From Candidatus Multivoradales bacterium (GTDB lineage Bacteria; Acidobacteriota; Thermoanaerobaculia; Multivoradales; JAHEKO01), in assembly GCA_965223155.1 (NCBI GenBank), contig CBDCVR010000015.1, positions 960,001-1,024,000 of the forward strand: a DNA stretch of 64,000 nucleotides. Reading direction: 5' to 3'. Of the stretch, positions 26,473 through 36,866 are shown one piece after another. The position numbers and the translations under genes were made by a program. The notes under the pieces were generated by a model, which did no database searches, had not been told where the DNA came from, and saw only the letters and a list, made by a program, of their open reading frames with translations. How positions within the stretch are numbered: position 1 is the first letter of the stretch; the number at the start of each line of letters is the position of its first letter.

Positions 26473-29400
26473 CTAGTCTTTGTTCTTGAAGAGCTTGAGG
26501 AAGAAAATGTTGGCGGTAAATCCGTCGTCGGGACCGGCGACGGCAACGCCCAGGTCCACGTTGACGACCGTGCTCCAGGGGCCGACGAAGGTTCCGGCAA
26601 CGCCGGCGCCGGCCAGAAGCTCGCGATCCAGGCCCGAGACCTCGTCCGTCGCCCAGGCGGCGTCGGCCAGAAGCTCGGCGCGGAAGACGTTGCCCAGGTT
26701 CCAGCCATAGCTCAGGTGAGCGGCCAGGGCCTCCTCGGCCCGCACCTTGCCGGTCTGATATCCCCGCACCCGGACGTCCGAGAAGGAGCCGAAGTCGAAC
26801 TTCGAGAAGCGGTCGAGGTTCGAGCCGTCCAGAAACTCGAGCTCGGCGCCGAACTTCAGGAACTTGGGCAGGTGCCAGACCTTGCCGACTCCCACCGACC
26901 AGGTGGTGTAGGCGTCGTCGTCGGGCTCGTATTCGAGGTTGCCCGGCAGCCCCCAGAGCTCCCACTCGCCCCGCAGGTGGTAGTTTCCCCGCGCCCGGAA
27001 GCGGTACCCCTTGCGGTTGTAGCGGGTGGTGAGCGAAAGGGTGTGATTCGCGTGATTCGACGGCAGCACGAACTCCTCGGCGGTGGCATCGACCCGGCCG
27101 AAGCTGCGATAGCCGAGTTGATACTGGAACTCCACCTTGCCGAAGTTGCCGAGCGGCCGGCCGAGCTTCAAGTCCAGATTGGGATTCGAGGTCTCGACCT
27201 CTTCCTCCACCGCCTCGATCCCGTCGCGAAACAGGTTGTCGGTACCGCGAAGGGCCAGAGCGAAGGCGTCGACGCCCAGGTCCCACTTCGAGCCCAGAAA
27301 ATCCGGGTCGGTAATCGCCACGTTGACGAGCGGCCCGGCGAAGAAGACGTTGGCCTGGGTGCCGGTGCCGCGCCAGTCGAACCAGAACCAGTTGATCCCG
27401 CCGAGCGGGATCGGAAAGTCCTGATTCTCGTCGTAGAAGACCCCGCCCACCAGGAACCGGCGTTTCGTGTCGAGCTCGGCCTTGACCACGCGCTCGCCGG
27501 TCTCCTCGTCAATCACCAGGTACTTGAGCCCGTCGTCGGTGTCGCGCACGATGGTGGCTTCAGAGTCGAGAGCCGCCTGGCGGCTGGCGTCGAAGTCTTC
27601 GGGGTTGAGCGCGACGTCGGACAGCAGGATCTCGCGCTCGACCACGGTCGTGCCGCTCAGAATCGACCAGATCTGCTGGCCCACCAGACGGAGCGGCAAG
27701 AAGTAGCTCTCCGGAGACCAGGGGCCGGGCAAACCGTCGGCGCCTAGGGGAGAGAAGAACTGTGTCTCCTCGCTTGAGACCACCTCGCCTTCGAGGCCGA
27801 GCTGAACCGTGCGGGTCCGCACCCGAGCGTAGATCTCGCGATCGACCCAGACGGTACCCTGATAGAGGCTCTTGCCCTCGGTGACGGCGACGACCGGAGC
27901 GAAGTCGACCACCCAGCAGTCGCGGCCGTCGACCGTCTCGGTGCCGCGCAGCTCGTACCGGTACTCCTTGGTGAAGGTGATCTCGACGGGCAGGGCCGCC
28001 GCTTTTTCGGGCTGGATCAATGGAATCTCGGGAATGGTCTTCCGGCGCCAGCGCACTCCGTTGACCAGAAACTCCTGCCAGACCCAGTCGAAGCCGCCGC
28101 CCTCGTCGACGAAGTACGGGCCCCGAAAGGTGGCTTCGACCGACTGGTTCGCCGTGCCGCCCTGGAAACGCAGGTGGCTGGTGTTGACGGCACGGTAGGT
28201 CCCGAGCTTGCGCCTCTGGGCGTCCTCGAAGGCCTGCAGCCGGCGCACGATCTCCTCGACCGGCATCTGGCGTTTGTCGGCGACGGTGACCTCTTCCACG
28301 AGACCCAGGATGCCCTCGAGCTCGGCGGCGCTCATCCGCTCGAGTGCCAAGACCTCGACCGCTCCCGGGTCGGCGAGTCTCAAGGTGAAGCTGTCCCGAT
28401 CCCGATCGGTGCCCCACTGGGTGACCGTTTCGCCGGTGGCGAGGTCGATCCGGGCCGGCTCACGCAAGCGCGGATCGGAAAAGCGAAGCTCCAACTCGTC
28501 GCCGGCACCCGCCCGCGTCTCGATGACGACCCGCAGGCTGAGGTCCTCTCCGCGCACGAACGCGAAGGCGCTCGCCCCACCGGAAGGCTCGGAGCCGGGC
28601 GCGGGCGAAACATCTCCCGCGAACTCTCGCGCCAGCGTTCTGAGGCCGGCGAGCGCCGCCGACCGGATCGGCGGGGCCGCGGCCGACCCGCCATCGAAGA
28701 CCACGAGGCTGACACCGGCGTGAGCGTAGCGGGCGGCCTCCACCAGGAGCTTCTCGGGCGGCATGGGCAGGGCCAGGGCGTCGAGCACGATCTCGGCCCC
28801 TGGATCGTGAGCCAAGATCTCGGTGACCGCCGCGGTCAGCTTCTCTGGTGATGTCGCAGTCAGCGGAGCCAGCGGAGCCGGGGGAGCCAGGGCAACCGCA
28901 TCCAGATAGGCAGCGAGCTCGCCGACGATCTCGGCCCCGGCTCCGGCGGCGCCGGCCCCGGAAGACCCGCCTGGGGCAAACAGCCGCTGGATCGCGCCGG
29001 GCTCGGCCGGGATCGTCTTCGAGACCAGCCGCGCCGCCGGCTGAGCTCCCAGAACCGCCGCCGACGCCTGCTTGACCAAGAAGGCGTAGTCCGCGCCCGC
29101 GCCACCTCCAGGATCGTCGGTCGAGTCGCCCCCCTCCGAGCCGGCCGGCCAGGAGATCTGGACCCGAGTGCCCTCGGGACTCTGCCGGGCCAAAGCCGCC
29201 AGCGCGTCGAGCTCCCGCCCCAGGGCCTCGAGGTTGTCGAGAAGCGGCGGCGGCGTTTCGAACTCGGCCACCAGCCAGGGTGTGGCCCCAGCAGCAACGG
29301 CAGCGGCGAGCCCGGACGGCTCGCCCGCGGCCAACCGAACCCGGGTGCCGACGAAGAGCGGTGCTCCGGCGGCAAGCTCGGGGCCGGCGGCAAGCTCGCC

Positions 29401-29541
29401 GGCAAGCGAAGCGAGGTCGGACACCACGAGGGCCGCGCAGGGCGTGCATCGGTCCGGCGGCTCGGCAAGCGCCGGCGCCAGGCCGCCTGCTACGACGCCG
29501 GCCAGAGCCGCCGCCACGAACGTCAAGTGAAAGTTCTTCAT
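26473..29541 (-). CDS. Large exported multidomain protein (GH-like N-domain, LolA/MucB-like middle, OM beta-barrel C-terminus)
   Basis: Signal peptide MKNFHLTF...; YRYELRGTETVDGRDCWVVDF...YQGTVWVDRE; amphipathic aromatic-rich strands ending ANIFFLKLF. Domain calls are inferred. Confidence 0.55.
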   Translation of the reverse strand: MKNFHLTFVAAALAGVVAGGLAPALAEPPDRCTPCAALVVSDLASLAGELAAGPELAAGAPLFVGTRVRLAAGEPSGLAAAVAAGATPWLVAEFETPPPLLDNLEALGRELDALAALARQSPEGTRVQISWPAGSEGGDSTDDPGGGAGADYAFLVKQASAAVLGAQPAARLVSKTIPAEPGAIQRLFAPGGSSGAGAAGAGAEIVGELAAYLDAVALAPPAPLAPLTATSPEKLTAAVTEILAHDPGAEIVLDALALPMPPEKLLVEAARYAHAGVSLVVFDGGSAAAPPIRSAALAGLRTLAREFAGDVSPAPGSEPSGGASAFAFVRGEDLSLRVVIETRAGAGDELELRFSDPRLREPARIDLATGETVTQWGTDRDRDSFTLRLADPGAVEVLALERMSAAELEGILGLVEEVTVADKRQMPVEEIVRRLQAFEDAQRRKLGTYRAVNTSHLRFQGGTANQSVEATFRGPYFVDEGGGFDWVWQEFLVNGVRWRRKTIPEIPLIQPEKAAALPVEITFTKEYRYELRGTETVDGRDCWVVDFAPVVAVTEGKSLYQGTVWVDREIYARVRTRTVQLGLEGEVVSSEETQFFSPLGADGLPGPWSPESYFLPLRLVGQQIWSILSGTTVVEREILLSDVALNPEDFDASRQAALDSEATIVRDTDDGLKYLVIDEETGERVVKAELDTKRRFLVGGVFYDENQDFPIPLGGINWFWFDWRGTGTQANVFFAGPLVNVAITDPDFLGSKWDLGVDAFALALRGTDNLFRDGIEAVEEEVETSNPNLDLKLGRPLGNFGKVEFQYQLGYRSFGRVDATAEEFVLPSNHANHTLSLTTRYNRKGYRFRARGNYHLRGEWELWGLPGNLEYEPDDDAYTTWSVGVGKVWHLPKFLKFGAELEFLDGSNLDRFSKFDFGSFSDVRVRGYQTGKVRAEEALAAHLSYGWNLGNVFRAELLADAAWATDEVSGLDRELLAGAGVAGTFVGPWSTVVNVDLGVAVAGPDDGFTANIFFLKLFKNKD

Positions 29542-29717
29542 TCCGCTCCCCACATGCAAGTTCTCTGCGAGCCTCGTCCCGGACCCGATCCGATCAGGCC
29601 GGAGCCAATCGGATCCTGTCGGATCGCCGGACTCTACTATTGGGTTGGTCGAGGCGGGTTGGGCTGGGCAGTTTCGGCAAAGGCAGCCTACGACAGTGAC
29701 CCCTCGGTGCGCGGCCG

Positions 29718-31880
29718 CTACGAGCCTGGGGGCCGGCCCACCACCCTTACTGGGCTCGATTGGATTCTATTTCCATCCGGTGTCGTCGCCGCCAGCCGCA
29801 GCGCGTAGGTTCCGGCGGCCAGGTCCTGTGCTTCGAGCTCGACCAGGTAGCGTTCGATCCGGAGGCCCGTGGACGCAGCGGACGTCTCGGGCTCGCGCCG
29901 CACGGTCAGAAGCGGCAGCTCGGAAGCCACCTGTCCGCTCCCATCGAGAAGCTCGGCGCGCACCGTCCCCAGAATCCCGGACAGGTTGTAGCCGGCCAGG
30001 GCCAGGGAAAGACGCCCCGCGACCACCGACGGGCCGGCCGCGGGCACGAAGGCCGCGCCGCCGGTGACGAAGGGATAGGGGACCTCGGGGCGTTCACCGG
30101 TTTCCTGCCCGATCAACCACTTGCCGGCGGGCTCAGGGACAAGCGGCGGCAGCAGGTACGGCGCGGTCGAGTCCGAAGCCGGTACCGAAAGCGGCACCAC
30201 CCGCAGAGCGGTCGATCCGGTCTGGGCGTTCCGCACCAGGGTCCGGATGGCGTAGTCGCCGGGCGCCAGCTCCAGATGGCCCCAGAACTTGAAGCCACTG
30301 GCTCGGAGCACCGGGCCCACCTTTGCGACGTCGAGCGTCAGCCGCTGGGTGGCGAAGTCGGCGATGGTGCCGTCGTCCCGTATGGCGTAGGCGTAGATCT
30401 CGAGAGGCAAGATTCCGGAGTCATCGTCGGCCAAGAGCGCCCGCCCGTCGATCTCGACAAGCATCGGCACGTAGGCCCGCTCTTTCGGGCCCGGAAACGG
30501 AGCCGCCAGAACCGCGGTTTCCAGGCGGCCGCCCTCGGCGCCGCCGATGACGAGACCGGCGGCGTTGATCTTGCGCTCGGCACCGCTCTGCTCACCGAAG
30601 GGCCGCGGCGCGTAGAAGCCCGGCCGGTGCACCAGCCGCACGCCGCGCCGTCGATCCCGTAACCGCACCTTGAGGCGATGAAACGAGCCGTCAAGCTCCA
30701 GGTCCTCCGGCTGCAAGGTCAGGACGTAGGTAACGCTGGTCCGCTCCAGGAGCTCGCCCATGGCCTCGCCCAGGTTGTTGTAGTTACGGAAGAGCTCGCC
30801 GCCGGTCTCATCCGCCAGGATGAAAAGCCCGTCCTGCCCCGAGGCCCGCGGCTTGATCTCGGCGCCGGCGCGGGCGCCGCCGATATCCACCGCCTGGATC
30901 GTGCAGTCACCGCGCCGGAACTCCTCCAGCGTCTGCCGCAGGCTGCGTTGCGCCACCGAGCTGCCGTAGCGTTCCTCGGAATCGATCCGCCAGTGCTCGC
31001 CGACCGACGCGTCGTTGGCCATCTCGGTGATGCGGGCAAGATCCTCGGTACCGACGACGATCGAGCTGTCAAATCCCTCGGAGAGCAGCACGATGTGCTT
31101 GCGGCCGGAAACGCTCTGCATCAGCTTGGCCAGCTCTTCGAGCGAGCTCGACAGGGCCAGCACCTGCTGCTCTTGCTTCTCTCGCTGCTCGCGCCGGGCA
31201 AAGGGCTGAAGGTCCCGAGCGTTCTGAAGCATCATGGCCGCGCGCTCGGACTTCATCGAGCCGGCGCCGCGGGGTCCGGGGGCACCGGCCGGGCCGGACG
31301 GGAGTCCGGCGTCCAGGATCGAATCCACGACCAGGCCCAGGGGATCCTGAAAATGCCGGCCGGGCTCGGGCGAGCGCAGATCGCGGATCGCCGCCTCGAG
31401 CTGCCGATGGTCCCGGGTAAAGCTCAAGACCAGCTCGACGCCGGTCGATTCGGTGTAGGTAGCCACGGCCACCAGATCGGTTGGATGCAGGGCCTCGAGC
31501 GCCAGCGTCCGCGCCGCCGCCTGGGCCTTGCCGATCGAGCCCGGGGTCGAAAACGACAGATCGAAAAGCAGCAGGAAGTGGCGACTGGCCGCGAGCTGAG
31601 GCCGCTCGCTTGCCGGCCCGGAGGCGAGATCCACGACGTCAAAGGCTACGATGGGCTCCGCGGCTCCGTCGCGACGGACCTCGAAATCCTCGGCGGTGAG
31701 GCCCCGAACCGGACCGGCGGGGCCGAACACCTGAACCGGGACTTCGACCACCGTGACCGTCGCGACTTCTTCGAACCGATCGTCGCGCGCGGCGAGCGCG
31801 GCCGAGACAAGAACTGCCAGGCCCACGCCGAGGAGCACGGTCCGGCTCGTCAGGACACCACGGGAACTTCTAGGGCGCAT
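29718..31880 (-). CDS. VWA-domain protein (acidobacterial VWFA-related type)
   Basis: VVEVPVQV...PVRGLTAEDFEV; MIDAS-like FDLSFS; GRKHIVLLSEGF; LADETGG; HRPGFYAP. Start uncertain. Confidence 0.85.
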   Translation of the reverse strand: MRPRSSRGVLTSRTVLLGVGLAVLVSAALAARDDRFEEVATVTVVEVPVQVFGPAGPVRGLTAEDFEVRRDGAAEPIVAFDVVDLASGPASERPQLAASRHFLLLFDLSFSTPGSIGKAQAAARTLALEALHPTDLVAVATYTESTGVELVLSFTRDHRQLEAAIRDLRSPEPGRHFQDPLGLVVDSILDAGLPSGPAGAPGPRGAGSMKSERAAMMLQNARDLQPFARREQREKQEQQVLALSSSLEELAKLMQSVSGRKHIVLLSEGFDSSIVVGTEDLARITEMANDASVGEHWRIDSEERYGSSVAQRSLRQTLEEFRRGDCTIQAVDIGGARAGAEIKPRASGQDGLFILADETGGELFRNYNNLGEAMGELLERTSVTYVLTLQPEDLELDGSFHRLKVRLRDRRRGVRLVHRPGFYAPRPFGEQSGAERKINAAGLVIGGAEGGRLETAVLAAPFPGPKERAYVPMLVEIDGRALLADDDSGILPLEIYAYAIRDDGTIADFATQRLTLDVAKVGPVLRASGFKFWGHLELAPGDYAIRTLVRNAQTGSTALRVVPLSVPASDSTAPYLLPPLVPEPAGKWLIGQETGERPEVPYPFVTGGAAFVPAAGPSVVAGRLSLALAGYNLSGILGTVRAELLDGSGQVASELPLLTVRREPETSAASTGLRIERYLVELEAQDLAAGTYALRLAATTPDGNRIQSSPVRVVGRPPGS

Positions 31881-31956
31881 CCTGCTAACTACGAACCCGG
31901 GACACCGAGGTTGCCGGAGCGCGCCAACGTAGCGAGTATAGCCAGGCGTAGCCAGC

Positions 31957-32907
31957 CTAGCCGCCGTCCGCCAATCGCGCCACGTCGCTGGCACAGCCCC
32001 AGGACAGGGTCACGCCGGCGCCACCGTGGCCGTAGTTGTGGATCACGGTCGCTCCCGAGCCCACGACCTCGCGCTCGATCCGGACGCGGGCTCGCACCGG
32101 CCGGAGCCCCACGGCCCAGCCGGTCTCGCCGGCGCCGGCAAGACCGGGTTCGAGCTCGCGGCAACGCTGCCGGATCCCTGCCTGGATCTCGGGGTCGGGA
32201 TCCAGACTCTCGACGCCTTCCTGGTAGCAGCCACCGAGAACGCAGTCATCGATCCGTGGAATCACGTAGGTCAACCCGCCTGGAGCGTGTTCGTCCACCA
32301 GGATGTGCTCGAGTCCCGGGTTCGCGGTGCGCACGATCTCACCGCGCACCGCCACCAGTTCCTCGTCACCCGTCAATCGCCTCGCGCCCAGACCCGTGCA
32401 GTTGACGATCAGGTCGAACTCCCGGCCGGCAGCTTCCAGGTCGTGAATCGTCATCGGCACGATCCGCCCCCCGGCCGTTTCGACGCGGTCCAAGAGATGG
32501 GGCAGAAACCTGCCGGTGTCGATGACCGGCGCCTCGAACGAGAAGCTGTCCCGGTACCCCTGGGCGATCCGGTCCGGCGGCGGCTCGCCGTGCCGGAACC
32601 CGGTAACGATCTCACTCCACCAGGGATCCGGCTCGGGCTCGCGGAAAAGCTGCCACACGGGCCGCATCACCACCCCGCCGACGGCTTCGTCGGCCATCGT
32701 CCGGAACACCGAAAAACTCTCGGTGCACCATTCGGCAACCGGATCGTCCTGAGAGGCCCGATAGGGATGCCAGAAGGCGGCGGCGACATTCGAGGTGGTC
32801 TCGGGTGGCAGCTCGCGCGCCCGAATCTCGACCTCATGCCCGGCCTCGAGGAGCCGCACCGCCGAGGTGAGTCCCGAGACACCGCAGCCGGCCACCACGA
32901 CACGCAT
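31957..32907 (-). CDS. FAD-dependent D-amino-acid oxidase family protein
   Basis: VVVAGCGVSG, TTSNVAAAFW, IVNCTGLGA, VRGE, VGLRP, HNYGHGGAGVTLSWG. Confidence 0.9.
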   Translation of the reverse strand: MRVVVAGCGVSGLTSAVRLLEAGHEVEIRARELPPETTSNVAAAFWHPYRASQDDPVAEWCTESFSVFRTMADEAVGGVVMRPVWQLFREPEPDPWWSEIVTGFRHGEPPPDRIAQGYRDSFSFEAPVIDTGRFLPHLLDRVETAGGRIVPMTIHDLEAAGREFDLIVNCTGLGARRLTGDEELVAVRGEIVRTANPGLEHILVDEHAPGGLTYVIPRIDDCVLGGCYQEGVESLDPDPEIQAGIRQRCRELEPGLAGAGETGWAVGLRPVRARVRIEREVVGSGATVIHNYGHGGAGVTLSWGCASDVARLADGG

Positions 32908-33034
32908 GACGATACGCTATCAAGGCCGCTACGCTTCAGGACCGGGACGACGGCGACCGAGGCCGCGGATTCTTCGGTCGGGAGGACCGCCGTGTCCATC
33001 CGATGCTCCTCCGGCCCGGGTGACCCGTCCCCCC

Positions 33035-33068
33035 AAGAAAAGGCCGGCCGCCCGAAGGCGGCCGGCCT
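33035..33068 (-). terminator. Intrinsic terminator
   Basis: 12-bp stem AGGCCGGCCGCC/GGCGGCCGGCCT with UUCG loop and a U-rich tail on the minus strand. Confidence 0.75.
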
Positions 33069-33106
33069 GCCCTTGCTCGGTCTTCGAAAACGATGGCTAG
33101 CGACGT

Positions 33107-33688
33107 CTAGTGACCCCACTGCCAGCGAAAGCGTAGCCTTGGCCTCTCGTACCGGTTGTCGTACCAGCCGTTAAGCCGGCTGCGCGTCCGGTTCCGGTAG
33201 TGCGCATCGCGGGACGGACCGAACAGCTCGTCCGCGTAGATCTCGAGGTCGATCATGGCGTCGGTCAGACGCCTGAACTCCCGGTTGATCTTGCCGAAGG
33301 CATGGGCGCCATGCGTCGCGTGCGACGCGTTGGCAAACGCCCGCTGAAGCTCCAGGAAGTCGCCGCGAGTGTGGCGAAAGTCCTGGCGGTACCGCTCTAC
33401 CTGACGATGAAAGTGCCTGGCCCGGCTCTCGAGCTCGCGGAACGCGAGGAGCGCCCGCTCTTCCCGGTGGGTACCGTGGTGGGCGTAGCGCTCGGCCGAG
33501 CGGTGAACGTATCGCGCTCGGTCCTCGACTTCGTGGGCCAGCCTCTGGACCTTGTCGAGCTGGTAGGCGTTAATGCCGTACCTTGGCTCGTAGCGACGTC
33601 CGTAGCGGTCGGAGTCGTCGTCGGCCCGGAGCCCCGCTGCCGATACCAGCAGCGCGGCGAAGACGGTGAGGATTGTTCGTGTCTTCAT
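33107..33688 (-). CDS. Secreted helical hypothetical protein
   Basis: AAGGAGGT RBS; signal peptide MKTRTILTVFAALLVSAAGLRA; own terminator. Confidence 0.7.
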   Translation of the reverse strand: MKTRTILTVFAALLVSAAGLRADDDSDRYGRRYEPRYGINAYQLDKVQRLAHEVEDRARYVHRSAERYAHHGTHREERALLAFRELESRARHFHRQVERYRQDFRHTRGDFLELQRAFANASHATHGAHAFGKINREFRRLTDAMIDLEIYADELFGPSRDAHYRNRTRSRLNGWYDNRYERPRLRFRWQWGH

Positions 33689-33720
33689 ACTGACCTCCTT
33701 TCTCACCGCCAACCAGGAAG

Positions 33721-33736
33721 CTCAAATGCCGTGCCA
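33721..33736 (-). promoter_or_regulatory. Possible sigma54 promoter
   Basis: TGGCAC-GGCAT-TTGA versus consensus TGGCAC-N5-TTGC, ~35 bp before the ATG. Confidence 0.35.
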
Positions 33737-33994
33737 CCGCGAGAACGCCTTATCCCAATTAACTCTCTTGGTTCAGACCCGGGCGGGAACTGGAAAAGTG
33801 TCCCCTGGGGAGGACGTTTTTGGCTGGGTTCGCCCCAGGCTCCGGACCGGAGTCGCCTGCTCTCGGCGAAAGCGCCAATGCGACCGACCCCAACCCGGCT
33901 TGGGTCTCGCGGGCGAACGAAATGAGCCTTGGCTGTCGCCGGAAGCGCGCCCCGGTCTGGGGCCGGCATCCTCTAGGCGGCGGAAGAGCGACCG

Positions 33995-34678
33995 CTAGGG
34001 CAACGCGCGCCGGAAGGACCGCGCTTCGGGCGGCAAGGCGATCTCGGCGTGCTCCAGCAGCACCGCCCGGGGATCGATCCGCTCGCCGTAGTAGCGCCGG
34101 TTCGACTTGTCGTGCGGAGCCAGCCGCGCGCCTTCGAGCGCGACGCCAGCAAACAGGCCGCGGGACTTGGCGTAGGAATAGATTTCCGCCCGCAACCGGG
34201 CATCGGTCGCGAGCTCGGCCGAGCGGCCCAGGGGGCCGGCCGCCACCGAGATGTCGCCACCCACGGTGAACTTGCTCTTGAGCAGTGATTTGACGCTCGC
34301 CTCGCTCATCAGGAAGAGCACCAGATCGGTCGCCTGGGCACCCACCTGAAAGCCGAAGCTCCCTCCCGAAAGACGCACGAAAACGGGCGCGCTCCAGGCG
34401 CCGCCGGAATTCCGGCAGGCGAGGACTCCGCGTCCGTGCCGGCCGCCCCACCCCAAGGCGCCCTTGATGACACCCGGAATGACGGCCACGCACCGTGCCT
34501 TCTCCAGCAATTCTTCGGGCACTCTCTTGTCCGGCGTTTCCAAGAGCTCTTCGTACACCACCTCGGCGGTCTGCATCTTCTGGGCGAGCCGGGCGCTCGC
34601 TTCGGCCGGGGCTCCGACCGCGATCGCAAGCCCGCAGCCCAGAGCCGTGATTCCCAAGATTCTTCGGCAGTCCAGCAT
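33995..34678 (-). CDS. Lipid-binding SYLF/Ysc84 domain protein
   Basis: WSAPVF...GGSFGFQVGAQATDLV, AAGPLGR, YSYAKSRGLFAGVALEG. Confidence 0.92.
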   Translation of the reverse strand: MLDCRRILGITALGCGLAIAVGAPAEASARLAQKMQTAEVVYEELLETPDKRVPEELLEKARCVAVIPGVIKGALGWGGRHGRGVLACRNSGGAWSAPVFVRLSGGSFGFQVGAQATDLVLFLMSEASVKSLLKSKFTVGGDISVAAGPLGRSAELATDARLRAEIYSYAKSRGLFAGVALEGARLAPHDKSNRRYYGERIDPRAVLLEHAEIALPPEARSFRRALP

Positions 34679-34987
34679 CTGTCGTCTCCCTGGTCGTTAG
34701 GCGTCGGTCGAGCCAGCGGTGGTTGCAAGCGCCCTCCGGCCCTCTTCCATCAGATGCACGAAGCGTTCCTCGGCCAGATTCGATCGCCTCAAACGGCGAG
34801 CCTAGCGCCTTCTCGAAGCGCCGGCGAGTCTGCGGGCCGTACGAGTTCTGTGCCTGGATCTCGAAGTAGAGCCTGGCGGTTTCCGCACCACCTGGCGGCG
34901 CCACAAGACTACATCACAGAGTCCGAGCTCGAGCTCTGGGTAGTGGTACGTTGTGGTCCGTCGCCGATCTCGTGGGCGACTGCTAGT

Positions 34988-36244
34988 TTGAAAACGTACC
35001 ACTACAATCTCGAGAGTTTCAGGGTCCTCGCCGAAGCACTGGCCATCGGTCTCCTGGTGGGCGTCGAGCGGTACCGGGCGCGCAAGCCCGAGGTCAAACG
35101 GTTCGGCAGCGTCAGGACTTTCGCGGCGATCGCTCTGATCGGCGGCATCTGCGGTCTTCTCGGAAACTCCCTGTTTGCCGCGGCGTCGTTTCTGGTCGTG
35201 GGCGCGCTCGTGACCGCTGGCTACCTGCGAGAGGCCGACCGCTTCGACGTGGGGCTCACCACCGAGGTCGCGGCGCTGGCGGTCTTCTGGCTCGGCTTTC
35301 TCGTAACCTCGCTCGAGGCGCTCGCGCTGGGGATGACGATCGCGCTCGCGATCCTGCTCAACGCCAAGCGCGCGCTTCACGACTTCGTCCGCCACGGCGT
35401 CTCGGAGCGCGAGTTCTTCGACACGCTCAAGTTTCTTGCGATGGTGTTGATCGTCTACCCGCTCCTGCCCGACCGGCAGATCGGCCCGTGGGGGTTCTTC
35501 AATCCCTCGAAGCTGTGGTTCTTCGTGGTTCTGGTCTCGGCGGTGAGCTTCGCCGGCTACGTGCTGGTGCGCTGGCTGGGACCCAAACGCGGTACCCTCT
35601 GGAGCGCGATGGCGGGCGGGCTTGTTTCGACCACGGCGACCACGCTGACGCTCGCCGGTCGTGCCCGCCGGAGTCCCGATGCGTCGGGTTTCCTGGGCAA
35701 GGCCGGCGGCCTGGCCAACGCGGTTCAGTTGCCCAAGATCCTGGTGCTCGCCTGGATCGCGAGCCCGGAGCTGGGCCGTCAACTCCTCGGCCCCCTGGCG
35801 GTAGCCACGGCAACGGCAGCGACCGTGGCCTGGATCGGCGGCCGTGCCGGCAAGCGAACTGGCGAAGCCGAGAGCCTTCTCTACGAGAATCCGTTTTCTC
35901 TCAGGCCCGCTCTCCGATTCGCCGCGATTCTGGCTGGGGTCCTGCTGGCGGTACGGGCCGCGACCGCCTGGTTCGGCGACCACGGACTGCTGCTGGCCTC
36001 GGCGCTGGCCGGAGCCGCCAGCGCCTCTGCCGTGCTCCTGTCGAGCGCCGACCTCCTCGAAGAAGGAGCGCTGCCGGCGGGCCGCGCGGCGGTCCTGGCT
36101 CTCGCCGCACTCTCGACCAATGCCCTGGTCAAGGCGGTGCTCGCGGCGGTTCAGGGGACTCGTCCGTTCGCGCTGCGCTTGGCGGCCGCGGCCGCCTCTG
36201 CCCTTGCCGCCGCCTGGCTGTTCTGGACCCTGACCGGACCATAA
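34988..36244 (+). CDS. MgtC/SapB-DUF4010 membrane protein
   Basis: ALAIGLLVGVER, VRTF, GLTTEVAA, PLLPD...FNP, GGLVSTTATT. Start inferred within ORF 34436. Confidence 0.85.
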   Translation: MKTYHYNLESFRVLAEALAIGLLVGVERYRARKPEVKRFGSVRTFAAIALIGGICGLLGNSLFAAASFLVVGALVTAGYLREADRFDVGLTTEVAALAVFWLGFLVTSLEALALGMTIALAILLNAKRALHDFVRHGVSEREFFDTLKFLAMVLIVYPLLPDRQIGPWGFFNPSKLWFFVVLVSAVSFAGYVLVRWLGPKRGTLWSAMAGGLVSTTATTLTLAGRARRSPDASGFLGKAGGLANAVQLPKILVLAWIASPELGRQLLGPLAVATATAATVAWIGGRAGKRTGEAESLLYENPFSLRPALRFAAILAGVLLAVRAATAWFGDHGLLLASALAGAASASAVLLSSADLLEEGALPAGRAAVLALAALSTNALVKAVLAAVQGTRPFALRLAAAAASALAAAWLFWTLTGP

Positions 36245-36328
36245 GGCGAAACCCACACCCGGAGGTCTCACGTAACTATCCTTGATCGAACTCCGAACCT
36301 TTGCTTCCAAACCAGAAAGGACCTAAAG

Positions 36329-36850
36329 ATGAACTGGACGGAACTGCTCGAAAGCGAGCTCGACAACGCATACAAGGCCGCCGAGGGGCTGATCTCGATG
36401 GTCGACGACGACAGCCTCGACTGGAAACCGGCAAGCGGTGACAATTGGATGACCACGGGCCAGCTCTTAAACCACATCGCGACCGCCTGTGGCGGCCCGA
36501 CGAAGGGGTTCGTCACCGGCGACTGGGGCATGCCCGCGGGAGCCGACGCAGGCGAGATGGCTCCGGAAGAGATGCTGCCGCCGGCCGAGAGCCTGCCGGG
36601 TGCCGAAAGCGTCGCGGCCACGCTCGAAGCGCTTGCCGCCGACAAGGCGCTCGCCCGGGAGATGATCGCCCAAGCCGAGGGTCGGATGGACGAGCCGGTC
36701 GCGGCACCGTGGGATCCGAGACCGCGACCGCTGGGTCAGCAAGTGCTGGGCATGATCGAGCATCTCAATAACCACAAGGCCCAGCTCTTCTACTATCTGA
36801 AGCTCCAGGGCGCTCCGGTCAACACCTGGCACTTCTACGGCATGGCGTAG
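36329..36850 (+). CDS. DinB family protein
   Basis: LDWKP...MTTGQLLNHI and HLNNHKAQLFYYLK His triad. Confidence 0.85.
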   Translation: MNWTELLESELDNAYKAAEGLISMVDDDSLDWKPASGDNWMTTGQLLNHIATACGGPTKGFVTGDWGMPAGADAGEMAPEEMLPPAESLPGAESVAATLEALAADKALAREMIAQAEGRMDEPVAAPWDPRPRPLGQQVLGMIEHLNNHKAQLFYYLKLQGAPVNTWHFYGMA

Positions 36851-36866
36851 CGCGGCGCGCTCGCTC

